Part shown: positions 10,960 to 23,759 of the stretch, in pieces
Layout of the letters: every line of letters begins with the position of its first letter
Numbering within the stretch: position 1 is the first letter of the stretch
From: Octopus sinensis
Taxonomy: Eukaryota
NCBI RefSeq assembly: GCF_006345805.1
Contig: NC_043024.1
Location: 496,001-560,000 of the forward strand
DNA length: 64,000 nt
Direction: 5' to 3'
Made by a program: the position numbers and the translations under genes
Notes under the pieces: generated by a model
What the model was told of the DNA's origin: nothing
The model's input: only the letters and a program-made list of their open reading frames with translations
The model's database searches: none

Positions 10960-12330
10960 ATCATCATCGTTTAATGTCCACTTTCCATGCTGGCATGGGT
11001 TGGATGATTTGACTGAGGACTGGCAAACCAGATGGCTGCACCAGGTTCCAATCTGATCTGGCAGAGTTTCTACAGCTGGATGCCCTTCCTAATGCCAACC
11101 ACTCCAAGAGTGTAGTGGGTGCTTTTACATGCCACCAGCATGAGGGCCAGTCAGGCGGTACTGGCAATGGCCACGCTGAAAAGGTGTTTTTTACGTGCCA
11201 CCTGCACAGAAGCCAGTCCAGCAGCACTGGCAACAACCTCGCTCAAATGTTTTTCACGTGCCACCAGCACAAGTGCCAGTAAGGCAATGCTGGTATGCAC
11301 ACTGACATTACACATCCATCAGATCATACTGGCTTCATTCCTTGCAAGCTTACATATATCCTCAGCAGTCACGGCCCATGTTTCACTGCCATGTAGCATG
11401 GCTGTTCGTACACATGTGTCATACAGTCTACCTTTTACTCTGAGCGAGAAGCCCTTTGTCACCAGCAGAGGTAAGAGCTCTCTGAACTTTGCCCAAGCTA
11501 TTCTCATTCTAGCAGCTACACTTTCAGAGCACCCTCCCCCTACTTCTGACTTGGTCACCTAGGTAACGGAAGCTATTAACTACTTCTAGTTTTTCTCCCT
11601 GCAATGTGACTACTTTGCCTCTATGAGGCCCAACACTTGGAAGGAACTCAGACACTTTGCTTCCGTGAGGCCCAACATTCAAAAGATGTTCTTTACGTGA
11701 GAACAGCATGGGCGCACTTGGCTTGATGGGGTCTCTCAAGCACAGCACATCACCAAAGGTCTCAGTCACCGGTCATTGCCTCAGTGGGGCTCAAATTTCA
11801 AAGATCATGCTTCACCACCTCGTCCCATGTCTTCCTGGGCCTGCCTCCACCACAGAAATCAGCACTTCTTTACATAGCTGGCCTTGTCTATACGCATCAC
11901 ATGACCATACCAGTGCAGTTGTCTCTCTTGCACCACATCTGATGCCTCTTATCCCTAACTTTTCTCTTCAGATGCTTACTCTCTGTCGAACATGCACATC
12001 TAGCAAAGCATACTGGCTTCATTTCTTTCAAGGCTATGCATGTCCTTGGCTGTCACAGCCCATGCTTCATTGCCATGTAGCACAGCTGTATGGACACAGG
12101 CATCAAGCAATCTGCCTTTCACGCTGAGAGGGGGGCCTTTTGTTGCCAGCAGGGGTAGGAGCTCTCTGAACTTTGCCTAGCCTAATCTTAATCTCACAGC
12201 TATGCTCTCAGAACAACTACCTCCACTACTAACTTGGTCACCTAGATACCGGAAGCTATCTACTACCTCTAGCTTAACCCCTGGCAGTTGATGGAATCTA
12301 TTTTCAGCATTTATTGTACCTGTGCACCTT
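10960..12330 (-). mobile_element. Two tandem/nested RTE-clade LINE 3' fragments with (GAT)n tail
   Basis: Minus strand LEVVNSFRYLGD...AWAKFRELLPLLVTKGFSLRVKGRLYDTCVRTAMLHGSETW occurs twice (11320-11620 and ~11720-12330). The 3' UTR/tail family recurs at 5510, 28465, 35560, 38270, 40340 and elsewhere. Confidence 0.85.
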
Positions 12331-13030
12331 CCACATACAAAAGTTAGTTTCCCTGTTAACCATCCTCTGATGTTGCTGCATCTTAATGTAAATTTGATGC
12401 ACAAATTTGTAATTAAATTATTGAGTATTAATTGAAACGGCTGCAAGAAGTGAAGATGACCAATTTGAGCAAGACATTTTATTTCATGTTGCTCCAGTCC
12501 ACTCAGCTGGCAAAAATGAGTAGCACCTGTAATACAAAGGGGGCCAGCCCTGTTACACTCCGTGTCCTGCTGAATCTCCCTGAGGACTACGTTAAGGGTA
12601 CACGTGTCTGTGGAGTGCTCAGCCACCTGCACATTAATTTCACAAGCAGGCTGTTCCATTGATCGGATCAACTGGAACCCTCGTCATCATAACTGACCGA
12701 GTGCCAATTATCTGGCCTAATTATTCTGTCTGGCAATATCTGGCCCCTCACATCTACCCTACTATGTCTTTCTAAAAATATGCATTCACATCATCAAAAT
12801 TTTGAAGCTATCAGATAATGACCGATTCATTCAAAATAATGCGAATAAATAAGCGTTACTCTGGATATATAATGTGAATGTGAAAAGGTTAACATTTTCT
12901 GTTGGACTCTAAAAACCAACTTTTTTTTTAATTATTCACAAATATTTTCTTTTGTTTCAGTTGTTTAATTAATTTATTGATTTTTTTTTTCATGTCAACC
13001 AAACCAAATGAAAGGAAACTTGTATTGACC

Positions 13031-13154
13031 ATGAGTATCTGTAAATGGGACGTTTGTTGGTCCAACAGCAACCATGATAATTTCATCATGTGCGGGACTT
13101 CAGTCACCCAGTATCGGGTGGAAAACAAGGCCAACTTGGCACAGAATCAAATGG
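13031..13154 (+). CDS. MIOS: MIOS coding exon 1
   Basis: [30 protein letters not shown]...; acceptor ends at 12960; donor GTAAGT at 13155; phase 1. Confidence 0.88.
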
Positions 13155-16100
13155 GTAAGTAATTTTTTTTAACCCTTTTATTCCCCTACTTCCATTCGGA
13201 AACATTGTTTTCCCTCCAATTTATTTTTAAAATAATGAAGAATATTGTAAAAAGAGACCTCAGATGTGGTGTGCAAGAGAGAAGAATGCTCTGATATGGT
13301 CATGCATATAGACAAGGACAACTGTGTGAAGAAGTGCCAATCTCTAAGTGTGGAGGGAACCTGTGGAAGAGGTCGACCCAGGAAGACATGGTACGAGGTG
13401 GTGAAGCATGATCTTTGAACGTTGGGCTTAATGGAGGTGATGACAAGTGACTGAGACCTTTGGTGCTCTGCTGTGCTTGAAAAGACTCGTTCAGTCAAGT
13501 GAAGTCATAGTCGTGGCTGTTGCTGGTGGCATGTAAATGGCTCCTGTGCCAGTGGCATGTAAAAAAACACCCATGACACTTTTGGAGTAGTTGGTGTTAG
13601 GAAGGACAACCATGCCTAATCAGACTGGAACCTGCTTCAGACGTTAAATGATGACGACAATGATGACAAACTTTGTTGTTATTAATCATTACTAATCTGA
13701 TGTTTGAAACATAAAAAAGAAGCCCTTCGGTCATAAATGACCAGGGGATTGCACCTGGAAAGTTACCCTCCAAAGCGCAAGTCCAGGCAAGGTTGATTGA
13801 TTAGTTCTGATGTTGTGATTGTTTATTTTTTAGAACGACATTGTGGGTCAGGTATGAGAGAATGGATCTGGCCAGTTTGAACTTAAAACAGGTAGGATAC
13901 TTGAGCCAGATGAGGATGGGTGTTCTTCTTGTCCAAAGATGAAGAGACAAAATGGCCACCTCCATGCAAAGCTGAGGCTGCAACTGCCAGAACCACCCAA
14001 CACCCGTCATTTTCGTTTGTTCTTCATCACTGCAGGGCTAGAAAACCAGCTCCCTATCTGCTTTGATTGTCATGAGCCACATCTTTGGCTGACCACCTCT
14101 CTGCCTATCCCAACCCAGAGGAAGGATCTGGTGCTGTCGCCTTCCGGATGAGTTCGTCATGGGGAGCACCACAAGTGACAGAAGGCTGCAGGGACCAGCA
14201 AGCTGTAGGTTTTCCATTAGAGAGACCTTCTCCTCGGGGAATTGCCGTACAGGGCTGGAGAGCTTCGCTACCCTGGAGTTGCTGGAAGAGTATCAAAGGG
14301 GTCAGTAAACCATGTGAGGGACTCTACTTCTTGATTTGCTGTCGAGGTTGACTCCCCTCCCACAAGTGACTCTCTGCCAGACAAAATAGAATAAGAACAA
14401 CAAGAGGAGACACATGGCATAGAGAGTCATTGAAGAGGTCACAAATTGTGTAGTGAAAGAACTTTGACAAAGAAACTAAAATAATAATTATAAAACTGAA
14501 TTGGGGACCAAATATACAGTATGTATGTTTAATTGGCAAAATATGACCATCCCAACTATAATGGTTTCAAATTTTGCCAAAAGGACAGCAATTTTGAAGG
14601 AGGGGATGAGTCGATTACATCGACCCCAAGTGTTTAACTGATACTTATTTTATCAACCCCAAAAGGATGAAAGGTAAAGTTGACCCAGGCAGAATTTGAA
14701 ACCCTCCCCAAGTATAATGATATCTGTTGCAACACACAATTTTACAAATTACTTATTATTTTCTTGTATTTTTATTTCTTCTGTTTTCAGCAAAAGCTGT
14801 TTCCTTATCAGGCAACACCTGTGCCATTCCTCTCTACACCTGCCTCCCTTCGGATGTACAGTTTATGAAGGTTAGTAGTGTCGATACACATTCATATAAT
14901 TGGTGCAAGCCTGGCTGTGTGGTTAAGAAGTTTGCTTCCTGACCAAGTAGTTTCAGGTTCAATCCCATTATGATACCTTGCTTTAAAAGAGGGATGGAGA
15001 GAGAGAAAGAAATCATAATCTAAACTGGAAGATTAGACAGAGACAGGGTAAAGACCGTTACCCTCTGAGGCACAAGTCTTGGCAAGATTGTCTATGGAAG
15101 ACCAGCAGTCGCCCATGCATACCAGCCTCCCCTCCTCATGCCACTGATGTTATCCAAGGGAAAGGCAATGGCCAATTCAGCTTGGCACCAGTGACATTGC
15201 AACTCATTTCTCCAGATAAGTGAACTGGAGCAACATGAAATGAAGTGTCTTGCTCAAGAACACAGCACACAGCCCAGTTCGGGAATCAAACTTACTACCT
15301 CATGATTGTGAGTCTGACATTTTAACCACTGAGCTGTGGAATAGATTAGAATGAGATATGAAAATTAAAAAAATTGAGGAGTAGAGTTGAAGGTATGAGA
15401 ATTAGTGAAGTGGAATAACTTTGATCTCGGTAAATACTTCTAATGTTATTACCTCCGCCAAAGAAGGAGGTTGTTTTCATCGGCGTTGGTTTGTCTGTCC
15501 GTCTGTGTGCAAATTAACTCAAAAAGTTGTGAACAGTATTTGATGAAACTTACAGGAAAAATTGGTAATGACACAAGGAACAAATGATGAAATTTTGGTA
15601 GGGATCCAAGAATTTTTATGGATTGTTGAAGGATTTTTCATTTGTTATATTTACTTTACATGAAGTATTACAATGTTACGTTCTTTGATTATCTCCCTTG
15701 AAAACCCGTTCATCGTTTCCATGTAACTTATGGTGGCGTTGCTGTTTCCAAAGTTTTTTTTTCGTTTCTCTATTAGTAATTTTACTCGTATCTATCTTAA
15801 AATGAGCTTAACGGAGGTCTGTGCTCTCCGAGTGCTTTTCTAGTTTTCTTACTGTTTTGTTATTTTTCAGTGTGTGGCACTCTACCCAAGGTCAGAATAT
15901 CCAAACCTCTTAGCTATCGGACAAGTCATTGGCAAAATTCTTCTGACCAAGTAAGTGTGGAGAAAAGGCAACTGTTTTATCATTTCTTTCATTGAATGTG
16001 TAATGTCAGCGTGCATCACTCTCTTGTCTCTCCCTGCCTCTTCTGTTGCTATGGCAATAAACTCTGACTCACTTACACACATCTGCTAAGGCTTCTGTTT

Positions 16101-18606
16101 CGTTTTTAGTTAAAAGCACACAAACATAGGTTATAGCAGACAAGAATCGGCTGCCAAAGGCGTTGGAATTTCATGTCATGTGATTTCACCCTACTGGAAA
16201 TCATCAGTGGGAGGCGTCCAGTCAAATCTTGCTGCTACAATATATAGAATATCAGCATCTTGTCAGACAGATGTTGCAAATAGCCAACAGGCTAATTAAA
16301 AATTAATTATTAGCAACAGAAGCTGTATTAATAGCAAAATGTAATCTTAATATCCAACTTAAGATGGATTGCCTTGTTAGAACACCAAATACTATTATTA
16401 GCCTTGAGATCCTCTCATTTTGCCACTTGATGCATAAAAGCACACACATACAAAGGGGTGCTGAAAAGTTGCTGATTTTAAGGGTACCGTAAAAGGCCTG
16501 GTTGAAGGCCCAACCTTCCGAGTTCTTTTACAGGGCTTAGAAAAACTGAAAGACAACTGGAATAAATGTGTGAATCTGAGAGGGGAATATGTTGGATAAA
16601 ATCTTAATTAACTGATCCTCCAGTTTTTTTTTCTTTTACCCAAAGCTTGAAACTTTTCAACACCCCTCATAGACCATAGCAGATGATTCTCATCTGCTAC
16701 AATCTATGTGTGAGCCTTTATGTATCAAGTGCCTTATAAGAGAAGATCTCTCAAAGCTAATAATATAATATCTTAAGTTGGATATAAAGATGACCTTTTG
16801 ATCTAAATTATAAATTTCCATGTAAATTTATGTTCTAAATACCAGCTTAATATCAGCAAAGTTCTTTGAGTAACTTCTTTGTTATTTTCACAATTAATTG
16901 AAACATAAACTATGTATTTCAACTGAAATATAGTCACAAAATAATTAAGAAAGAAAAAAACATTCAATCAAGGACCAAAATAAAGTCAAGTTTAACCTTT
17001 TTGATGCTGCCCTATCGGAAATCACTCCTAGTTCTATGATGCAAATTTTATGAGTTAAACTGATCTAAATTAAAAACTGCCATCAAAATTTTATGCTAAT
17101 TTATGTTCCAAATGCCAGATTAATTAATGACAAAGTTATTTTACTAATTGTAAAATCTCAAGAAGAGATCAGAATAGTAACAATACCAAACAGTAGAGCG
17201 CCAGTCGCCACATCAGAGTGGCTGTTGAATGTTACTACTAGTTTAACCCCAGGCAGATTTTCCACCAGCTGGTTATCAGTGCAACACTCTGCACTCTTTA
17301 GCTTATTGCAAATCAGTGACTGATGGCCACTTGGTTTACAATATATTGTTAGCGGTAGTGGACTCTGGCTATCACTCTGGCAAGAAGGTGGTTACGACTG
17401 AGGATGAGCCAAAGATCTCGAAACTGAGTCAGTCTTGTGATCCTGTTAGCTGCTAGAGGGTGGTAGGGATTCCCTCCCCCCTGCTGACAGTATATTGTAT
17501 ATAAAGGTTGCAGGGTGTCACATTGATAACCAGCTGGTGGAAAATCTGCCTGGGGTTAAACCTGTTGTAACATTCAGCAGCCACTTTGATGTGGTGACTG
17601 ACTTTACTGTTGCTTTACTAAATTCTTCATTAATTTCAAAATTAATTGAAGGAAAATTAATGTCATCATCATCATCAGTCATCAAGATCCCACACCTGAT
17701 GCAACCAGTCTTTGGGGTGCCACTCTAGGCACATTTGTAGTCAGCCATCACCACAGCTCTCTATTCTCTGTTGTCCAAGTAAGATTTTCTCGATTTTCCT
17801 CACTTGCCCACCTCCAGCTGTGCCCTGAAGAATGGCTTTAGCCCAGGGAGTTGTAGCAAGATACATGACCATACCTGGCAAGCTTTTGTCTTTTTTTATC
17901 TGCGCTAGGAGTGGTTCCTGTCTGCCAGTATATGTTGACTTGCTGCCTGACAAAGCTGTTTGTTTTGTGCTCTGTGTAGCAGCCATTGTCTTTTCAGTGA
18001 CAGTTGTAAGGGTCCATAGAGAAGGATCAAAGTTGTCAGAGTCTGGTACACTCTGAGTCTTGTTGGAAAACAAGGAGAAGCAGTGAAGCAGAACCACAGG
18101 AGCTTAGACATAAGACTGGAAAAAGTATCAGGAGCATACGAATGGGGATCAATTCAGAAAAGAGCAAAATCCTAGTCAATAGTAACAACCAAAAGACAGT
18201 ATAGTGCTGAGCAGAGACAGACTTGATGAAGTGGAGAGCTTCAAGTACCTGGGATCCACTTTCACCAAGGACAGCATTTCTTGAAGGGAGATCACAACAA
18301 AAGTAGTGTGTTTCAACTGAAATATGATACCAAAAGGGTTAAACAACAACATTAGTATCCATAGTAGTTTACTAACTGCCCATTTTACCATTTTCAAATT
18401 CTGTTTAATTTTGATTCATTTTCTTTTAACAGTCTTGGAGATGTGCGGAACTGTGATTTGGCAGGCAAAGAATTTGGTAGGTTTCATTCTGTTGATCTTT
18501 GCTTTACACTTCAGTTATTTTTATTTTTTTAGCATAATAAATGCTGAGATGTGCGAAGGGATGTAAACACACAAACACCAGTTGTCAAGTGGTGGTGGGA
18601 ACAAAG

Positions 18607-18638
<32 letters not shown>

Positions 18639-21512
18639 ACATAGACAGTTTCCGTCTACCAAATTCACTCACAAGGCTTTGGTCAGCTCAAGGCTATAGT
18701 AGAAGACACTTGTCCAAGGTGCTATGCAGTAGGACTGAACCCGGAACCATATGGTTGGTAAGCAAGCTACTTACTACACAGCCACACCTACACCTGATTG
18801 CCTTTATTACAAATGACAGTGAACTACTCCCAAATAGAATCTTGCTCCTGAAATAGGTTTGCAATGGCACAGTTTGGGTCTTGGAATCAAGTACAAAGGA
18901 AGACCTTTTTTCTGTTATCTTTTACTTGTTTTAGTCATTAGACTGTGGCCATGCTGGGACACTGCCCTGAAGAATTTTACTAAAATAAATCAGTACTTTG
19001 GTGAAGCCTGATACTTATTCTGTGCATCCCTTTTTTTGCCAAACTGCTAATTTACAGGGAAGCAAACACACCAACACCAGTTATCAAGCAATGGGGTGCA
19101 GGGGAGGCAAAATTCTTAGCCACACAGCCTTACCTGTACCTCTCAGTCTGTCTACTTATCTATCTGTTTATACATTCTACATCTATTTTTCACAATGAAC
19201 TACAACAGATCCATTTAACTGTGATATTTCATAAGCTAGAAATGACAGCAAGACTTTAGCAAAAATACCTGCAAAGATGGAGACAGAAAAAACATAGAGG
19301 GAAGCAGAAAGAAAGATATGTAAATATACAATGTATCAATACTCAATGTATGCTAGACCTGCTGCCAGAAATAGCAGCCAAATCTCCCTGAATCTCACAT
19401 CTCTCTGTCTGTCTATTTTTCTATCTACTTATCTATCTGTATATATGTCTATTTGTCTATCTATCTACTTATCTTTCTATTTGTCTATCTGTCTCTTTGT
19501 CTGTCTGTCTATAGATAGACAGACAGACAGACAGATATATATAAAACATATTTTTCTCAAATTCAGCTTCATGAACCATAACTGTACTTCCCTTTGCCAT
19601 TTCTTCTAATAACCATTTCTAAATGTCTGCTTCTTCCATTGTTTTGATTACAGCTCAGAGACACACAAGACAGTGTAATTATTTGGCATGGAACCCAATT
19701 GAATCAAATTTGGTAAGTTTCCAATAAAATCATTTTGATTTCATATTTTCCCTTTATTTTTTTTTTTCTGTATCTGTAACCAAAATCAGTAGTTAAGTCA
19801 ATGAATGAGTCTCTACCAGGTTGTTAAACCTGCCAGAAATTGCAGCCAAACTGCCCTCAAAGCACATCCTATTGTAGAGCACAATTAAAAGAAGTCACAC
19901 TGAAAAATGTAGTCCCTGATATTCCAGAAAGACATGATCGCAAGGCTGTTCTTCTGTTTACAAAATTACAAGTCAAGAAACACTTAAGACAAAGAGAAAG
20001 TAGTAAATCATTCATAAAAATGCATCACCCACACACACACACATTGACTTTTATGAGGAAAAGACAAACAACGACTTAGAAATTTCACCTTCAATCAAAC
20101 TGACGCCCTTTATGTTAATGAGCCAAATACCCTGACCCCCAAGCCATGGGCCTTCATGCTCCCTACTCACAGAACTTTCTATCTATTCACTAAAGTTAAT
20201 ATAGCTAAGACAATGAGTGTTCCAGTTGATCCAATGAAGAGAACAGCCTGCTCATGAAATTAACATGTAAGTGGCTGAGTACTCCACAGACATGTTCTTA
20301 GGGAGATTTAGCATAACACAGAATGTGACATGGTTGACCTTTTTGACTTACATCTGAGTGGATTGTAGCAACATGAAATAAAGTGTCTGGCTCAAGGACA
20401 CAACACACCACTATGATTTGAACTCATGACCTTACAATTATAAGCCATACATCCTAACCACTAAGCCATGCACCTTCATGCTACCCACTCACATAACTTT
20501 CTATCTCTTCACTATAGTTGATTAAAAAACTTGAAATACTGTCTGTCCAGGACCCCTATGTCTCAGTCTACCTTTTTGGAATCAGGAGGATTCCAGGATT
20601 GAAAATCTGTTCTTCATTCGGTTCTTGAACATCCAGCATTGGGACCTGATTTAAAAGCATTTGGGTTGCTATTTCTAGCAGGTAAATCTTGGTTGGCATT
20701 TGTCAGATGACATCAGAGATGAGGGGGAGAGATAAATGACATTCACTTCGTTAATTTTACATCGTGATAAGAACTTTGGGACAAATTGGCCAACAGTTGG
20801 GATTGAACTTGCAACTGGAACAATAGAATGATTTCATTACAGAATTAATTCCCATCCATCCTTAACCTCTGATCAAACATCCCCTGAGGCCTATAAGTCA
20901 TTATAGATGTGTTATAGTCATGCTTCTTAGCTCTGTTTTGTTTTGCCCAATTAACCCTCCACAGGAGCTGGCTTAAAAGTCTGCACAGAGCACGGCTTTT
21001 AAGCTGGTCATTGATGTAGCTACTCTACCTGTTCACTGTTTAACATTATTACATTGTCTTCTGTTGTCTTCTATTCCAGCTGGCGGCTGGACTTGAGAAA
21101 AACCGACACGATGGTTGCATTGCGATCTGGGACGTGAACAGCAAGTCTGTAGAATCGGCAATGCCTCTTGAAAGAAAACATTATGCTCCTAATGAAGTGA
21201 CGAAACCATATTTAGATATTGGTAAGATTAACATTTCTGTGTGAATTTGATGGTGGTGGGGATGGTTGTGTCATTCTTTTATTTGTTTCACTCATTTGAC
21301 TGCGGCCATGCTGGAGCACTGCCTTTAGTCAAACAAATCAACCCCAGGTCTTATTCTTTGTAAGCCTAGTACTTATCATATCGGTCTCTTTTGCCGAACT
21401 GCTAAGTTACGGGGGTGTAAACACACCAGCATCAGTTGTCAAGCGAATGTGGGGGGACAGACACAGACACACAAGCATATATATGTGTGTATATATATGT
21501 ATGTATATATAT

Positions 21513-21555
<43 letters not shown>

Positions 21556-23715
21556 ACAGGCTTCTTTCAGTTTCCGTCTACCAAATCCACTCACAAGGCT
21601 TTGGTCGACCCAATTCTATAGTAGAAGACACTTGCCCAAGGTGCCATGCAGTGGGACTGAACCCAGAACTATATGGTTGGTAAGGAAACTACTTACCACA
21701 CAGCCACTCCTTGACTTTTTTTAACTTTTCTCTGTTTCAGTCATTATACCTCTGCCATGCTGGAGCACTGCCTGAAGAACATTTTAGTCGAATGAAATGA
21801 CTCCATTGATTAGGTTATTCACCAAGGAAGTGCCCCAGCATGGTCACAGTCTAATATCTGAAACAAATATAAGATAAAAATGTGTTGTGTATGCATGTGT
21901 GTGTTTGTCAGTGTGTAACTTAGACACACACACACATACGCATTCTAAGTTATGATGATGTCTCTGAGATCACTAACTTGGAACGACCACTGCCCCATCA
22001 AGCAAGTGCATGAAGCCAAGCGAGGTGCCCCAGTATGACCACAGTCTAAGGACTGAAACAAGTAAAACATAAAAGATATCTCAACAAAAAACAATTTCAA
22101 ACTTGATATACCTCCAAAAAGGATAGATCGTCATCATCATCATCATCATCATTGTTTAATGTCTGTCTTCCGTAGTGGCATGGTTGGACAGTTGGAGAGG
22201 AACCTGCACCAGATTTCTGTATCTGATTTGGTAGGGTTTTTACAGCTGGATGACCTTCCAAACGCCAACCACTTTACACTGTGGACTGGATGCTTTTTAC
22301 GTGGTATCAGCATTGAATAAAATCCTGGAGATCCCAGGCATTAATAAAGCTTTCCAGAGATAAGGGAAATGAAATTTTGAGTGAAAATGTCTGATTTCTG
22401 CAATTAAAGGATTAATCAATTGTATTCTAATATCTCAGAAATATTCTTTGTTTTCTCTAGGAATATCGGAATTTAGTACTTCATTTTGCTGGCAGCCAAG
22501 AGAATCGAAGACATTTGTAGCTGGAGTGAATAAATGCCTGCGTGTTTATGATATTCGAGGTGAGTTGTGAGTTCCATTGCCAAAACTTTGCTACAACTTT
22601 CAGATTTGAACTTTCCAGACTGTTAACCATAGCTTTAGAGATGAAATGTTTTTAAGAATAATTCCAAACACACACACACACAGATGTGTGCATGCATATA
22701 TACAAGGTGCAGTGAACATATTGTCATCTAAATTACACAAAAATGAAAATAACACTGACGCTTCCTTTTAACAGATATATTTACCAAAATTACATAAAAG
22801 TATCTTGAAATACTAAAGAGTAAAACTGTTAGTTTTAAATTTATGAATGAGGTCTAAGTAATAACTATACTTCATAGTAAAATCTATTTGTCAACATAAG
22901 GTGACAGTCCTGCATAGGACCATGTTATTACCTTTTAACCCCTGGAAAACATCTTTTCCAGCTGGTTATCGACACACAATCTGTGTCTGAAATATACTGT
23001 GTAAATTTCTTCAATAAAATCGCCATTGGTTTCAACCACAGCCTCCAGACAACTTTGGAATCTCCTGCAACTCATTGGACAATCTCCTTGTTTAAGTTGG
23101 CGAATGCTCCCATAATCCGTGCCTTCAGTTCATCTTTGGTGTTACAAGGAATTTTGTTAGTCTCTCGCTCAACTGTGCTGCACGCATAATAACCAAGGGA
23201 GTTGCTGTCTGGGGAGTTAAGGGGCCAGATGTTAGGGGTTGATGTGGTTGCAGAAATTATCTGACAGCCATAACTAGGTTCTCCTGCTTGTGTCACAAGG
23301 TGCAGTGTCCTGATGCCAAACCTAAGGTCTTCCAGCAGCCACCCTCTTGACCCAGGGCAACACTACCTCCTCCAGGCACTTGATGTAGGCCTCTGTATTC
23401 AATCTGAGGCCATGTGCAAGGATGAATGGAGGCATGACATCACCATCACTAGTGTTCACTCCAAACACCATGATGTTGACTGAATGTTTGATTTTTATCA
23501 CCCTTGGTGCACATCTCCTCAAATTGAAACTCAAACACTCGCAACTGGAGCTTTCGGTGTGAATGCCAACAGGTACAGAACAGCGTTTCCCAATTTCTGG
23601 CTGAGTGAATTGCGTCATGGTGCTGTTTTTCTCACAGACAGTGTCCGATTGCCCTTACTATACTGTGTAGTCAGCAAAATAAAAAATATAAAACAGCAAC
23701 AATTTATCCATCACA

Positions 23716-23759
<44 letters not shown>

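Noticed and set aside
15882-16082. Protein-like minus ORF (…[25 protein letters not shown])
   Set aside because: Largely the antisense shadow of MIOS exon 3 plus intron sequence.
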